Assembly: GCF_964194155.1 (NCBI RefSeq)
Contig: NC_135886.1
Coordinates: forward strand, 71,486,001-71,550,000
Direction: 5' to 3'
Length of the DNA: 64,000 bases
Source: Cetorhinus maximus
Lineage: Eukaryota
Shown: positions 62,505 to 64,000 of the stretch, in pieces
Layout of the letters: the number at the start of each line of letters is the position of its first letter
Numbering within the stretch: position 1 is the stretch's first letter
Notes under the pieces: generated by a model
Seen by the model: only the letters and a program-made list of their open reading frames with translations
Told to the model about the DNA's origin: nothing
The model's database searches: none
Position numbers and translations under genes: made by a program

Positions 62505-62887
62505 ATAAGAATGGAACCTGGTGAGAGCAGTCTCACCCAGTTGGATGACAGTAAAGAGGCGTTGGAGGAGGATGATGTGGTCAACCGTATCAAAGGCTGG
62601 AAACAGGTCGAGAAGGATGAGGAGGGATAGTTTACCTTTGTCAGAGTCATACACAATGTAATTTGTGACTTCGATAAGAGCTGTTTCGTTACTTTGATGG
62701 GGGTGGAAACGTGATTGGAGGCATTCAAACATGGAGTTCTGAGAAGGATGGGAATGGATTTGGGAGATGACAACCTGTTTGAGGACTTTGTAGAGAAAAG
62801 GGAGGTTAGAGATGGGACAGTATTTGCAAGGACGGTGAAGTCAAGGTTGGTTTTTTGAGGGGAGAGGTGATAACGGCAAATTTAAAG
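62505..62887 (-). mobile_element. L2 LINE RT fragment
   Basis: LQSRFHPHQSNETALIEVTN..LLILLDL.PAFDTVDH.ILLQRL. Confidence 0.85.
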
Positions 62888-64000
62888 GGTCCAACATGCC
62901 ACTTTGCCTTGGATCCCATGGGCTCTACTTTCTTGACCAGTCTGCCATGAGGAACCTTATCAAAAGTCTTGCTAAAGTTCATGTAGACCACATCAAATAC
63001 TTTACCCTCATTTACACTCCTGGTTACCTCCTCAAAAAATTTGATCATATTTGTCAAACACGACCTTCCCTTAAATCCATGCTGACTATCCCTGATTAAT
63101 CTGTGTCTCTCCAAGTGCAGATATATTCTGTCCCTCAGAATTCTTTCTAGTAACTTCCCCATCACCGAGGCTGACTGGCCTGTAATTTCCTGGTCTATCC
63201 CTTCCTCCCTTTTTTAATAATGGGACAATGTTAGCAGTCCTCCAGTCCTCTGGCACCTCACCTGTGGCCAGAGAGGATTTGAAAATTACTGCCAAGGCCT
63301 TCCCTTGCCTCCCTCAACAGCTTGGGATGTATCTCATCCGGGCCTGCAGATTTATCCACTTTTAAGGTTGCTAAACCCACTAGTACCTCCTCTCTGTGTT
63401 AATTTCCTCCAATATTTCACAGTCCTCCACCCTGATGTCTACACCTGCATCATCCTTTCCCTTTGTGAAGACCGACGCAAAGTATTCATTGAGGATTGTA
63501 CCCATGTCTTCCGAGTCCATGCACAGCTTACCTCTGTGGTCCCTAATTGGTCCTACACTTTCCCTAGTTATTCTCTTGCACTTTATATATTTAAAAAACC
63601 CCTTTGAGCTTTCCTTTATTCTACCTACCAATGCTTTCTCATGCACTCTTTTAGCTTTCCTAATTTCCTTTTTAAGTTTCCCCCCTGCACTTTTTACACT
63701 CCACTAGGGATTCTGCTGTATTGAGCCCTCAGTATCTGCCATAAGCTTCTCTTTTTTTCTTAATCCTAACCTTTATGTCCCTTGACATCCAGGGCTACCC
63801 AGACTTGGTCCCCCACCTTTGTCTTTACGGAAACATATTTGCCCTGTACTCTCGTTATTTCCTCCTTGAATGCCTGCCACTGCTCTGACACAGTTTTATT
63901 TGCAAGTAGCTGCTCCCAGTCCACTTGAGCCAAATCGTATCTCATCTTAGTAAAATTAGCCTGTCCCCAGTTTAGAACTTTTATTCCTGGCCCAACCTTA
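62888..64000 (-). mobile_element. CR1 LINE ORF2 fragment running off the window
   Basis: ILNEYFASVFT, EVPEDWRTANIVPLLKKG, GNYRPVSL, DSQHGF.GRSCLTN. Confidence 0.92.

Overview
Vertebrate genomic DNA, most likely a shark or other cartilaginous fish, judged from the repeat families. Two spliced genes lie in tandem on the + strand. RBM41 is complete (7 coding exons, 702-20050, 1194 nt, 397 aa; minor-spliceosome RRM protein, paralog of U11/U12-65K). The first three coding exons of a MORC3/4-type GHKL ATPase follow (28185-56633, continuing past the window), assigned to MORC4 by synteny with RBM41. Introns and the intergenic region are packed with CR1 and L2 LINEs, tRNA-derived SINEs, two Penelope-like (PLE) families carrying minimal hammerhead ribozyme motifs, a decayed 4.4 kb Harbinger element, two solo LTRs and a MITE. 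Most interesting: (1) a candidate U11-dependent (USSE-like) poison-exon module and a U12-type branch point inside RBM41; (2) a young single insertion of 275-bp head-to-tail hammerhead-bearing units resembling a retrozyme; (3) a CCAAT/E2F/CHR-dense promoter with its own splice donor inside MORC4 intron 2. Most ORFs in the supplied track are TE remnants or spurious. All calls are by eye, with no database searches.
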